The position numbers and the translations under genes are program-made. This document shows positions 21,834-30,665 of a stretch of DNA of 64,000 nt, one piece after another. Within the stretch, counting starts at the first letter, position 1, and each line of letters begins with the position of its first letter. A model generated the notes under the pieces. The model saw only the letters and a list, made by a program, of their open reading frames with translations, was not told where the DNA came from and made no database searches. The DNA is taken from NCBI RefSeq assembly GCF_055900595.2, contig NZ_CM148325.1, one strand, 5' to 3'.

Positions 21834-21867
21834 AGTTTTCAAAACTTGCAACTACAGAGGCCACACC

Positions 21868-22092
21868 ATGGCAAACCGCAAACAACAGCGCGCATACGCT
21901 GCGCGTCGTCACATCCAGACTGAAATCAACCGCAGACTTTTCCGCGCATTCCGCGTCGCGCATATCATGCACATCAATATGCTGCATGAGCGCAGCCACG
22001 CACTGTCAAACATGTATTCCGCCGCTGTATTCAGCTACCTGGCGGATGACCTGCGCGAGCTGCAGGACCTCATTAACCAGCACCACCACTAA
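21868..22092 (+). CDS. hypothetical small basic protein
   Basis: 74 aa, RBS AGAGG, preceded by the TTGCAAC repeats. Confidence 0.45.
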   Translation: MANRKQQRAYAARRHIQTEINRRLFRAFRVAHIMHINMLHERSHALSNMYSAAVFSYLADDLRELQDLINQHHH

Positions 22093-22160
22093 TCAACATC
22101 CCGGAGCCATCCCGCCCCCGTACGCGGGAGGCTTCCGCACGTCCGTTTCCGGAGGTTCTC

Positions 22161-22574
22161 ATGAAGAGCGTTAAGGGACTTTCAGATATTCAGGATTTTT
22201 TTAACTGGATGTGGGCGGTGGATCCACGCCTCGCTTCCCGTCTCAATGACCTGCACGACTATTACCGCCGCGCCTGTAAACAGGCAGCCCGCAGCGCTGC
22301 CACATACGGGGATTTTTCCTTCACCGTTGACGACCGTTACCGCGTGGATGTCAGAGACCAGAACCACAGCCTGGAGCTGGGCCTGTTCCACATCAACGGG
22401 TGCGACAGCAGCGTTATCAGCTGGTCATCGTCAGAAATGGTGCTCGTTCTGGAAATGACCACCCACAGCGTGGTCGTGAAAGGGATTAAAACAGCAGAAG
22501 ACTTTATCGCTGAATACCAGCGCCTTCTTGTGCTGTACCGGGCTGCATTTCAGAAGGCAACAGCAGGGGAGTAA
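22161..22574 (+). CDS. hypothetical early protein immediately upstream of A
   Basis: 137 aa, RBS GGAGG. Confidence 0.5.
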   Translation: MKSVKGLSDIQDFFNWMWAVDPRLASRLNDLHDYYRRACKQAARSAATYGDFSFTVDDRYRVDVRDQNHSLELGLFHINGCDSSVISWSSSEMVLVLEMTTHSVVVKGIKTAEDFIAEYQRLLVLYRAAFQKATAGE

Positions 22575-22579
22575 GCGGA

Positions 22580-25090
22580 ATGAGCCATCACCACACGCAC
22601 CTGGCGTACCCGTGGAACGCCCCGCTGCCGGTTATTGATCCTGAGACATTCGGCAGAGCATTACCGCAGAAGCCAACCGCATTACAACGGGCAATCCGTG
22701 ACTACCTCACCGAAGACATTCGCACTGAGGCCCGGCTGGATGAAGAAACCGTGGCCTTCCTGACAACCACGGACAAAGGTAAGCAAATTAATTCACACCT
22801 TCACCGGGACGAAGAGCGGCAGATAAGGCTGGATAAGCTGGCACGACACAGACGCGAAAATCCGCCAACGGCGGTATCGGAGGCGATAGCCGAACTTCGC
22901 ACCCTGCCCTCGTTTCTTGCCAGTGTGTTGATCCGTGATCTGGCACGACTGAACCGGAAACAGCAAAGTGCCCGCAGTGAAGGTGTAAAAAACAACAGCG
23001 CATACGTGGCCGATAATTTCGTTCGCCGTGGACTGCGTGCGCGCCTGAAACGTATTGAAAGGGTTAACGACCGCTTTGCAACGCCGGCATTCAAAACCAC
23101 CGTCGTGCGCCATCGCCTTGAAGAACTGCTCACACTGCCGCAACTCACCCGTGACGAAATCCAGCGCATCGCCACACTGACAGCCCAGGCATTCGCCGCA
23201 GAATTTGAACGCATATGTGATGAAGTTCTTGAACGGACAGGCAAGGATAATGACAGCCCGGTTATCTGGCTGCTGGCCTACCAGAAGGTGGCACGCACAG
23301 CCTTAATTCTGGGCATGGTCCCGCCATACTGGCCGGAACTCGAAATCAGGCACAACCGACGCACACCGCCGGACCCTGAACGGGTTCCGGGTGCGGTACT
23401 GCGCATCACCTGCGCGACCTGGTGGAACAACCAGTTACGCCACGTCGCCGATCTCTGGCGGGAGGAGTTACTGCGCGCCGCCGGCAGAGTGTCACGTAAA
23501 CAATCCCCCTATATCAGCCATGAGTCACTACTGGAGTTCCGCGAGAAGCGCCAGCGCACCTGTGACTTTCTCAAAAGCTGGGATATTGAAAACGAAGACG
23601 GCGAGCGCCTGAGTCTGGAGGACGTGTACTGGGCTGGCCTGGGTAATCCACGCAACCGCCGCAATGAAATGATGGTCTGCGTCAGAGGGATGGAGATGGT
23701 GGCCGAATTACGGGCTGACGTCGCATTCTTCATCACAGTAACCACCCCTTCCCGCTTTCACAGCGTGAACGAGAACGGCAGCCTGAACCCGAAATACAAC
23801 GGTGCCACAGTACGAGATGCCAGTGATTATCTGGTTTACGACTTCTTCGCAGCCGTAAGAAAAAAAATAAAAAAAGAGGGGCTGGGCTGGTACGGCGTGC
23901 GAACCGCTGAGCCACACCATGACGGCACGCCACACTGGCATATGCTGGTATTCACTTCCCCGGAGAACGCAGAGCGCATCATCGAAATTATGCGCGAAGC
24001 AGCAATTAAATCAGATCGCCACGAACTGGGGGACGATATTTCACCGCGCTTTAAATGCGAGAAGATAGACCCGGAAAAAGGCACACCGGCAAGCTATATC
24101 GCAACCTATATCGGTAAGAACCTGGACGCCAGCGCTTTCCACAACAATGATCCGAAAACCGGAAAACCTTACGTTGATGAGGAATCCGGGAAAACCATGG
24201 CGGAAACCGTGGAGAACGCCATTGCCTGGGCAAGCCTTCACCGCATCCGTCAGTTCCAGTTTTTCGGCATTCCGCCCCGCCAGGTATGGCGTGAACTCCG
24301 CCGCCTTGCAAGCCAGATGGAGCGCAACCCGGCATCACCGAAGCACCTCGATCATGACGATATTGACGCCATTATGGCTGCCGCAGATGTGGGATGTTTT
24401 GCCACCTACATCATGAAACAGGGTGGTGTGCTCATTCCGCGCAACCAGTATCTGGTCCGCACCGCATACGAAACCGCAGACGAAGCCAACGACTACGGTG
24501 AACTCCCTCAACGTATCTACGGAATCTGCGCCCCGTCGCTCGGAGAGCGGTACACCATATGCACCCATCCGGACGAGTGGAAACTGGTTAAAAAAGAAAC
24601 AATACCAGACAACCGCACGGGCGAGGGTTTTGACCTTCAGGGCGACCCCGTCGCCCCTTGGACTCGTGGCAATAACTGTCCCCGGGATGAAAAAACAGAC
24701 AATCACGGACCAGAAAACAGGCAGGACCCCGGACGACTGACGCTTCCCGAAGAGAACCTGGAAAGCTGGCTGAATACGTTAAGCAGGGGCGATCGGAGAA
24801 AACTGCGTAATCAGATTAAAAATCAGCCGTCGGGCGCAAAAACCGGACAAAACGACACCACACCGGCATCTGACACCCCTGTAAGGGTGGGGATTGTCGT
24901 GCCTGCGGATACCGCGACGGACACGCAAATCGCCCGCGAACTTGATGCGCTGGGTGTGCAGTTGCCTGACGCGGCCATCATCTCCGTGCGTAACGGTGCC
25001 CGTGTGCGTCTGGATAACGGGGGAACAGCGTACTGGGATGAGTCAGCCCGTCACATCATCACAGAGCAGCCAGTGGAGGCGGGAGCATGA
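22580..25090 (+). CDS. A: P2 gpA-family rolling-circle replication initiation protein
   Basis: 836 aa; HWHMLVF histidine motif and catalytic Tyr region (YIATYIGKN) typical of P2 A. Confidence 0.85.
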   Translation: MSHHHTHLAYPWNAPLPVIDPETFGRALPQKPTALQRAIRDYLTEDIRTEARLDEETVAFLTTTDKGKQINSHLHRDEERQIRLDKLARHRRENPPTAVSEAIAELRTLPSFLASVLIRDLARLNRKQQSARSEGVKNNSAYVADNFVRRGLRARLKRIERVNDRFATPAFKTTVVRHRLEELLTLPQLTRDEIQRIATLTAQAFAAEFERICDEVLERTGKDNDSPVIWLLAYQKVARTALILGMVPPYWPELEIRHNRRTPPDPERVPGAVLRITCATWWNNQLRHVADLWREELLRAAGRVSRKQSPYISHESLLEFREKRQRTCDFLKSWDIENEDGERLSLEDVYWAGLGNPRNRRNEMMVCVRGMEMVAELRADVAFFITVTTPSRFHSVNENGSLNPKYNGATVRDASDYLVYDFFAAVRKKIKKEGLGWYGVRTAEPHHDGTPHWHMLVFTSPENAERIIEIMREAAIKSDRHELGDDISPRFKCEKIDPEKGTPASYIATYIGKNLDASAFHNNDPKTGKPYVDEESGKTMAETVENAIAWASLHRIRQFQFFGIPPRQVWRELRRLASQMERNPASPKHLDHDDIDAIMAAADVGCFATYIMKQGGVLIPRNQYLVRTAYETADEANDYGELPQRIYGICAPSLGERYTICTHPDEWKLVKKETIPDNRTGEGFDLQGDPVAPWTRGNNCPRDEKTDNHGPENRQDPGRLTLPEENLESWLNTLSRGDRRKLRNQIKNQPSGAKTGQNDTTPASDTPVRVGIVVPADTATDTQIARELDALGVQLPDAAIISVRNGARVRLDNGGTAYWDESARHIITEQPVEAGA

Positions 25091-25518
25091 CGCGATTTTG
25101 CTGCACCATGCAGCGCCCACAGTTTGAGGCCATCATGCGCCAGCGTATGCCGGTGCTGACACTGTTCAGGCCTGCCACAAGGCCACAACCGGGCGACGAG
25201 CTGGAAATCACGATAGTCAGCCCCGATCGCACCACGGAGACCACCATCGCCGACATACTCAACAGGCGGCCGGGCAGCGAGAGCCATAGCTGGACTGTCG
25301 TCATTCGTCCGCGCCGTTCGCCGGAGGAACCGGAGCCGTGCACGCCTGCCGGGAAAATCATGCAGAGATATCACGAAGAGCGGACACGCAGGCACAACGG
25401 CGGACTGGCCAGAACACTGAACACAGTCAATCACAAGGCCGCGCTGGCGCGAATGGTCTTTTCACCACAACGCAATTCATTCGCCAGACCAGCACAGAAC
25501 GGGAGGAAACAACAGTGA
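25087..25518 (+). CDS. hypothetical Arg-rich protein, translationally coupled to A
   Basis: 143 aa; ATGA overlap with A stop; RBS GGAGG. Confidence 0.45.
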   Translation: MTRFCCTMQRPQFEAIMRQRMPVLTLFRPATRPQPGDELEITIVSPDRTTETTIADILNRRPGSESHSWTVVIRPRRSPEEPEPCTPAGKIMQRYHEERTRRHNGGLARTLNTVNHKAALARMVFSPQRNSFARPAQNGRKQQ

Positions 25519-25709
25519 GCAGAATATTACTTTTTCTGCTGTTTTTCGCGCCATTCGCACAATCAGCCACGCCGAACTGCGTAGCGAAAAAGAGCAACAC
25601 CGTTGTCATTGTCCAGTGTGATGACGGCACGGTAACAATCACCGACTCGAGCAAAGGAAGCGTCATTGTCTGCCGTAAAGAGAAACCCTGTCAGCGAACC
25701 GAACTTTGA
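25515..25709 (+). CDS. small secreted Cys-containing protein (64 aa)
   Basis: GTG start overlapping upstream stop (GTGA), RBS GGGAGGA; N-terminal signal peptide ILLFLLFFAPFAQSA; 4 Cys. Confidence 0.45.
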   Translation: MSRILLFLLFFAPFAQSATPNCVAKKSNTVVIVQCDDGTVTITDSSKGSVIVCRKEKPCQRTEL

Positions 25710-25720
25710 AGGAAAAATAT

Positions 25721-26035
25721 ATGAACAGGAAACAGAAGCAGGAACTGAAAGGCTTCTTACGTAAAGAAATTGCCAGGCTGGAAGATGTGGAATCTCAGTC
25801 ATCAGATATTCCATTCGGAATGGATATCAACGACGCCTGTATGCTCCAGGTATACCGCATAGCTCAGGCTGCACTACAGGCAAAACCGTCAGATGGACTG
25901 GTTAGAGCAGTACGTTTCTATGAACTGGTAAAGCGTGAGAATCCGCCAGTCGAAACCGGAGCATGGCAAGACGCTGTTGACTGGGTGCTCAAAGAGGCTT
26001 GTCAGGTTGTAAACACTGGCATCAAAGGAGACTGA
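25721..26035 (+). CDS. hypothetical protein (104 aa)
   Basis: co-directional, 12 nt after upstream stop. Confidence 0.5.
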   Translation: MNRKQKQELKGFLRKEIARLEDVESQSSDIPFGMDINDACMLQVYRIAQAALQAKPSDGLVRAVRFYELVKRENPPVETGAWQDAVDWVLKEACQVVNTGIKGD

Positions 26036-26036
26036 T

Positions 26037-26246
26037 ATGGCTATTGCCGCAAGTTACACCATGCATCTCTATTGTGATTGTCGCCAGTGTACAAATGGTA
26101 AATATCAAACGCCAGACTTCGGTGAATATATCGGTACGTCATGGACTGGCTGTGCAAAAGAGGCGCGTAAGGATGGCTGGCGAATAAGCAAAGACAAAAC
26201 TCGTGCTTTTGCGCCCGGGCATAAAGTTTTGAGGATTAACAAATGA
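26037..26246 (+). CDS. small Cys-rich (putative zinc-binding) protein
   Basis: 69 aa with CDCRQC...C; starts 2 nt after upstream stop. Confidence 0.5.
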   Translation: MAIAASYTMHLYCDCRQCTNGKYQTPDFGEYIGTSWTGCAKEARKDGWRISKDKTRAFAPGHKVLRINK

Positions 26247-26644
26247 CCACTATAACCAAAGAGCGACTACTGACAATCAGGCAGTGGCGCGAAACATACG
26301 GACCTGGTAGCAACGTTGTACTGCCAGCCGAAGAAGCGGAAAAACTGGCACGGATTGCTTTGGCATCGCTGGAAGCAAAACCAATAGGTGCTTTCCACAT
26401 TGCAGAACAGCAGGTCGATGGCACAAGTGACTACATCAAGGATGGGGAGTACCGCTTGCTGACATCTGAAGAACAAAAGATAGCCCAACTTTTAGGCGAT
26501 GCATGGAACCTGTATTTTACATTGCCAGTTGAGCATCCAATGGGTAGAGATGAATTTTGCCGGGCAATTCATCATTGCCAAAATATGGTGTTGGCACGCC
26601 CTGCCATCAGGGCGCTGGCCAGTAAGGGGCAAGGCTATAAATAG
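26243..26644 (+). CDS. hypothetical protein (133 aa)
   Basis: overlaps upstream stop by 4 nt; followed by terminator. Confidence 0.5.
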   Translation: MTTITKERLLTIRQWRETYGPGSNVVLPAEEAEKLARIALASLEAKPIGAFHIAEQQVDGTSDYIKDGEYRLLTSEEQKIAQLLGDAWNLYFTLPVEHPMGRDEFCRAIHHCQNMVLARPAIRALASKGQGYK

Positions 26645-26650
26645 ATGAGC

Positions 26651-26679
26651 AAAACGCCCTCCTCCAGGGCGTTTATTTC
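26651..26679 (+). terminator. rho-independent terminator ending the early/cargo operon
   Basis: AACGCCCT-CCTCC-AGGGCGTT hairpin followed by TATTT. Confidence 0.6.
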
Positions 26680-26681
26680 AA

Positions 26682-26708
26682 TGCACAATAGTGCACAAAT
26701 TTGCACAA
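26682..26708. promoter_or_regulatory. three TGCACAA direct repeats at exact 10-bp phasing
   Basis: copies at 26682, 26692, 26702. Confidence 0.5.
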
Positions 26709-26856
26709 TTTTTTTGAACGACTTTTTGCCCTTCCGGCCCGTGTGGCGTCTGGATCCGTCGGGGATCCGTGCGTGCACGAAAAAAGGCCTTTTTCTGCGC
26801 GCAGGTGACGGGGGAACAGCCCGCGTTTCAGGGGGTAAATAGCATTCCCTGAACGA

Positions 26857-26874
26857 TGTTGCAGCGACACAACA
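26857..26874. promoter_or_regulatory. TGT-N12-ACA dyad (candidate Ogr-type late activator site) upstream of the 27137 gene
   Basis: TGTTGCAGCGACACAACA; a bare TGT-N12-ACA match is expected by chance several times per 64 kb, so support is weak. Confidence 0.3.
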
Positions 26875-27136
26875 GAATGGCTGTATTTCTCACGCTGAGC
26901 GTAAAAAAGACGTAAAAGCTTGATTTGATGGGGGTGAAAGATAAGGCCGTCAAAATCGCACTGAGGCAGCGAGAATATGTCGTCAGAGTTGCGGGGTTGC
27001 GTAAGCATCCGCCCGGCGATGATGGCTACAAGGTTGGAGATGTTGTGAAATTATCTGAAGGAATAACCAGCTTGCAGGAGAACCCGGGCAAAGTCAGAAT
27101 AGCGGCAGGCATCAACTCAAAAGAGGATAATGTCAT

Positions 27137-27638
27137 GAGCCACTTTAATGATTTATGCCAGATCAATCGTGAAGCTGAAGAAAAACGCGCTGAGGCAGCT
27201 CAAATTTTGCGGGATGAAGCGGCAAGGCTGATTGATTTCTATGAAGAATGGCTGGGGCTTCCATCCATGTACTGGGAAGACGATGATGGCGACCTGCACC
27301 GCTACGTGGAGACAGGCTTGCCATGTAAGACAGCGGCGGATTTTAGTCCTCTTTCAGTCCACAATATCGCATCTGCACCAGACAATATTTTCCGCATGGC
27401 CGTGCGAACCTGGGTTAAGTCATCTGACAGCAGCTACCCGGTAAGCGTGGTTATTGCACTTGAATTATATTCAGTAGATGCGGAACGGGTGTCTCTGAGA
27501 GTCCGGGTGGAAGACGATATTTCTGTTCGCGTATTTATCAATAAACCCAGCGAAGAAGCCTGGGGCGATGTTGTTATGCACATGAAAAAGCACATCGCTA
27601 ATCACCTGAAAAAGCGAGCGCCATCAGCACTTCGTTAA
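27137..27638 (+). CDS. hypothetical cargo protein (167 aa; possibly 237 aa from 26925)
   Basis: strong RBS AAAGAGGA before MSHFNDLCQ; occupies the P2 tin/old position next to the portal gene. Confidence 0.5.
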
Positions 27639-27654
27639 GCAGAGCTGGAGAGTC

Positions 27655-27677
27655 GGGGCATAAATTTTTTATGCCCC
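27655..27677. terminator. hairpin GGGGCATAAATTTTTTATGCCCC between cargo gene and portal gene
   Basis: perfect inverted repeat between convergent genes. Confidence 0.5.
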
Positions 27678-27704
27678 GGCGAAGCAGCAGACAAGCGAAG
27701 CGCG

Positions 27705-28760
27705 TCAGGATATGGGCTGGGTGTCTAACAGTGCGTAAGGGTTAAAACGGATCACCTCTTCGCCCAGCCAGTCGTTGACGTGTTTCATTGCTTCCATGAC
27801 GGGCATCAGTTCGTTAATGGCAAACACACGGGCTGCCTTCTCCACATCCCCGAATGACCCCTTCTCACCCGGCATGGCCCCCATCAGCTGCGGCGGTACA
27901 CGGTGCACGGACAGCACATCATCACGCGATGCAGCCTTGACGTTCATGAACTCATCCTTTGCGGTGATTTGCTGAAACGGCAAAATCTGTACGCCATCCT
28001 TACCACCTCCCGCCGCGTGGATGAGCAGATTTTTAAACGCCCCGCCACCACGCGCGCTTTGCAGTGTTTCCCGCAGTTTTTCCATGCTTTCACGGTCAAC
28101 CTGCGCCGCACCGATGTAGACAATACAGCCCGCGTGTGAGCCGTTATCGTAGTAGAGCTTGCGGAAGATATCGGCGGAATGTGACAGGCTGGCAGACAGC
28201 AGGCCGCCCAGGTAATCCGGCATCCCGTAAATCTCCTGGTTGATATCAGGATTCATCAGGTGGCATATCGTCCCCTCACGAAAGCGGTACTCTTCCTGTC
28301 CTTCCTGTATATACCACCATGATTTCATATCGCTGCCACGTCGCATGTATTTCGCCAGCGCCCGGCGCAGGGCCAGCGGTTCGCCAAGCATGTTGCGCCG
28401 CAGCTCAAGACAGGCATTACCGAACACAAACCAGTCCATCGCCACCCCGGCGAACTCCTGGCGGGACAGCAGAGGATGTGGAATATAGCAGCCCAGCAGC
28501 ACATTACGTTTGAAGCTGAGCGCCGACTGGTGCCAGGACGTCTGGCGGGCAGCCCGTGCCAGTCCGTACCAGTCAACGGGCGTTTCAAACCACCGCCCGT
28601 TGTCGGCGCAGTACATGCTGTCCAGCAGGTCGGCCCCTGACAGCCGGTAAGGTCCTTCAAACGTGAAGGCACTCAGTGTCGGGTCGCTTCGCAGGGAATC
28701 CGCAAGGCTGCCCTGCGCTGCGCGGGCGTTCGTACGTCGTTGTTTATTTTTTCTGCTCAT
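27705..28760 (-). CDS. Q: portal protein (P2 gpQ family)
   Basis: 351 aa, size and position match P2 Q upstream of terminase P. Confidence 0.8.
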   Translation of the reverse strand: MSRKNKQRRTNARAAQGSLADSLRSDPTLSAFTFEGPYRLSGADLLDSMYCADNGRWFETPVDWYGLARAARQTSWHQSALSFKRNVLLGCYIPHPLLSRQEFAGVAMDWFVFGNACLELRRNMLGEPLALRRALAKYMRRGSDMKSWWYIQEGQEEYRFREGTICHLMNPDINQEIYGMPDYLGGLLSASLSHSADIFRKLYYDNGSHAGCIVYIGAAQVDRESMEKLRETLQSARGGGAFKNLLIHAAGGGKDGVQILPFQQITAKDEFMNVKAASRDDVLSVHRVPPQLMGAMPGEKGSFGDVEKAARVFAINELMPVMEAMKHVNDWLGEEVIRFNPYALLDTQPIS

Positions 28761-30511
28761 CAGAACTCCGTAACACTGAAGGGGGCGGCATCATGTTCAC
28801 CGCCGACAGGTTCGTTGATAACGGCCAGCATGGTGGCCCATGCAAGATCGCCATGGCTTACGCCTCTTGCGCGATCTGTTTCGTAGGTGATAAATCCGGC
28901 CTGCGTTTTTGTTTTGCGTACCGCGTTAAAGGCGCTCACCAGTTCGCGCTCGCTGCGGTCGTACTCCCACCGCCCGGCGCGCATGAGCTGCAGCATCTTC
29001 AGAACCAGCGTGCGCTTTGATGACAGGGTGAAGGTGTAGGGAATGGCTGCCGGAAAAAAGCGCTTCACAATCTGATACACCGCATCCCCGTGACCGCCGG
29101 TTACGTCAATACCGATATGCTCAACGTTATAGCGAAAGGTGAACTCTTCAATCACCTTCGCCTGCGCCTCAAACTCCAGCCCCTGCACCCGCCGCGTCTC
29201 CACGGTGCGAAAACGCCCGCCCGGTACGGCTGGCGGCACCACCACGACAACCGCCCCGCTGTCACCGTTCCCGCTACTGCCGTTGGCGTCGTACCCAATC
29301 CACACAGGGCGGTTCCCCATCGGACGCGGTGCAAACGGCTTCCAGTCCGGCCACTCGTCGTATCCGTCAACACCGCAGCCAATCAGGATATTCAGGTTAA
29401 ATGCCGATTCCCCTTCGCGAGCAAATTCACACATGTAGAGATTGCGGAACTCGTCTTCAGTGTTATTGCGCCGGATTTTGTCAATGTTGGTTAACGTCCA
29501 TCCCTGACTGACCACATCTTCCAGCGTCACAATTTGCCGCCAGATATAGTCAGGACAGATAAGGCCGTTATGAAGCGCATTCCAGCTCACATCAAAATGC
29601 TGACGTTTATGAGTACGAAGCCCTTCATTCCAGTGATCGCCGTTCCAGTATGCATACGCCTCATGTGTTTCACTTGATGGCGTGGAAAAATAGGTACACC
29701 GCAAACCATCCAGCGTTGCCATAGCAGCAGCCACCTTGCGCAGCTCTGCGAAACGCCCCGTCCAGAAAAACTCATCAAAATACAGATTCCCTGTGTACGC
29801 TTGCGCGGTGGCCGCAGAAGTGCCGAGAAAATGCAGCTCTGCACCGTTGGAGAGGATGACTTTATCGCCCCCTTTCAGTTCCACATCAACTTCAGATGCA
29901 GCCTTCTGAATAATGCTTTTAAACTGGAGCGCCTGACGACGAGACGCAGACAAAAAAATCTGGTTACGCTGGTAAGGTTGTGCCACATCGTCACGCAGCG
30001 CCATCAGCAGCGCTTCCTGCGCAAAATACCAGGTCGCCCCAATCTGGCGGGATTTCAGGATCATCCTGTCAGTAATTCCGGCACGCTCACAGGCACCGAT
30101 AGCATCAAGCCATTTGCGCTGGTGTCCGGCCAGCCTGTCGGTAATTTTTTCCCGCAGCGCCGCGATCTGTTCCGGCGTGAAATGATTTTTGTGTTTTTTC
30201 GCCCGGCCTTTCTTTCCTGTTGCCGTCTCATCCGGCAGACCGTCATGCAGCTTTTTAAGCTGACGGGTCAGCAAATCAATTTCCTTAAAGTCCCCGCCTG
30301 TTTTATTCTGTTTTTCCGTGAGCTGAATGAGTCGCGCATCCATGGACTGCGTGACACGCTGAACCGGGGGCGTCTCATCCCACTGGTCGCGTTTTTTCCA
30401 CGAATGGATCGTGTTCTGGTTGATACCCATAAGGCGGGAAATTTCCGCAACAGGGTAACCCTGCCAGTACAGCTGGCGTGCCCGCTGGCGAACAAATGTA
30501 TCCTGAATCAT
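28760..30511 (-). CDS. P: terminase large (ATPase) subunit (P2 gpP family)
   Basis: 583 aa, P2 P-like sequence. Confidence 0.85.
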   Translation of the reverse strand: MIQDTFVRQRARQLYWQGYPVAEISRLMGINQNTIHSWKKRDQWDETPPVQRVTQSMDARLIQLTEKQNKTGGDFKEIDLLTRQLKKLHDGLPDETATGKKGRAKKHKNHFTPEQIAALREKITDRLAGHQRKWLDAIGACERAGITDRMILKSRQIGATWYFAQEALLMALRDDVAQPYQRNQIFLSASRRQALQFKSIIQKAASEVDVELKGGDKVILSNGAELHFLGTSAATAQAYTGNLYFDEFFWTGRFAELRKVAAAMATLDGLRCTYFSTPSSETHEAYAYWNGDHWNEGLRTHKRQHFDVSWNALHNGLICPDYIWRQIVTLEDVVSQGWTLTNIDKIRRNNTEDEFRNLYMCEFAREGESAFNLNILIGCGVDGYDEWPDWKPFAPRPMGNRPVWIGYDANGSSGNGDSGAVVVVVPPAVPGGRFRTVETRRVQGLEFEAQAKVIEEFTFRYNVEHIGIDVTGGHGDAVYQIVKRFFPAAIPYTFTLSSKRTLVLKMLQLMRAGRWEYDRSERELVSAFNAVRKTKTQAGFITYETDRARGVSHGDLAWATMLAVINEPVGGEHDAAPFSVTEF

Positions 30512-30573
30512 TTCTCCCCCTCATGTGATTCAGGCAGTTTACTCACCCCTTACAGGCCTCCTGCCATGCCCGG

Positions 30574-30597
30574 TGTTGTCGGCATTCGCTTACAACA
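30574..30597. promoter_or_regulatory. dyad TGTTGT-N12-ACAACA (inner TGT-N12-ACA) between divergent P and O
   Basis: perfect 6-bp inverted repeat centred about 55 bp from inferred starts of both P and O. Confidence 0.55.
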
Positions 30598-30665
30598 AAC
30601 GCACTTTGTCTGTCCCTGCCCCGTTTTGCCATCATGAGACAAACGATCATCACGAGGGCCCGACA

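Noticed and set aside
21557-22174. 205-aa plus-strand ORF spanning the early-operon noncoding stretch
   Set aside because: Runs through hairpins and direct repeats with odd composition; only the 3' part (21868..22092) has an RBS and looks like a gene.
26673-27008. 111-aa minus-strand ORF across the regulatory spacer
   Set aside because: Covers the terminator and repeat region; no RBS.
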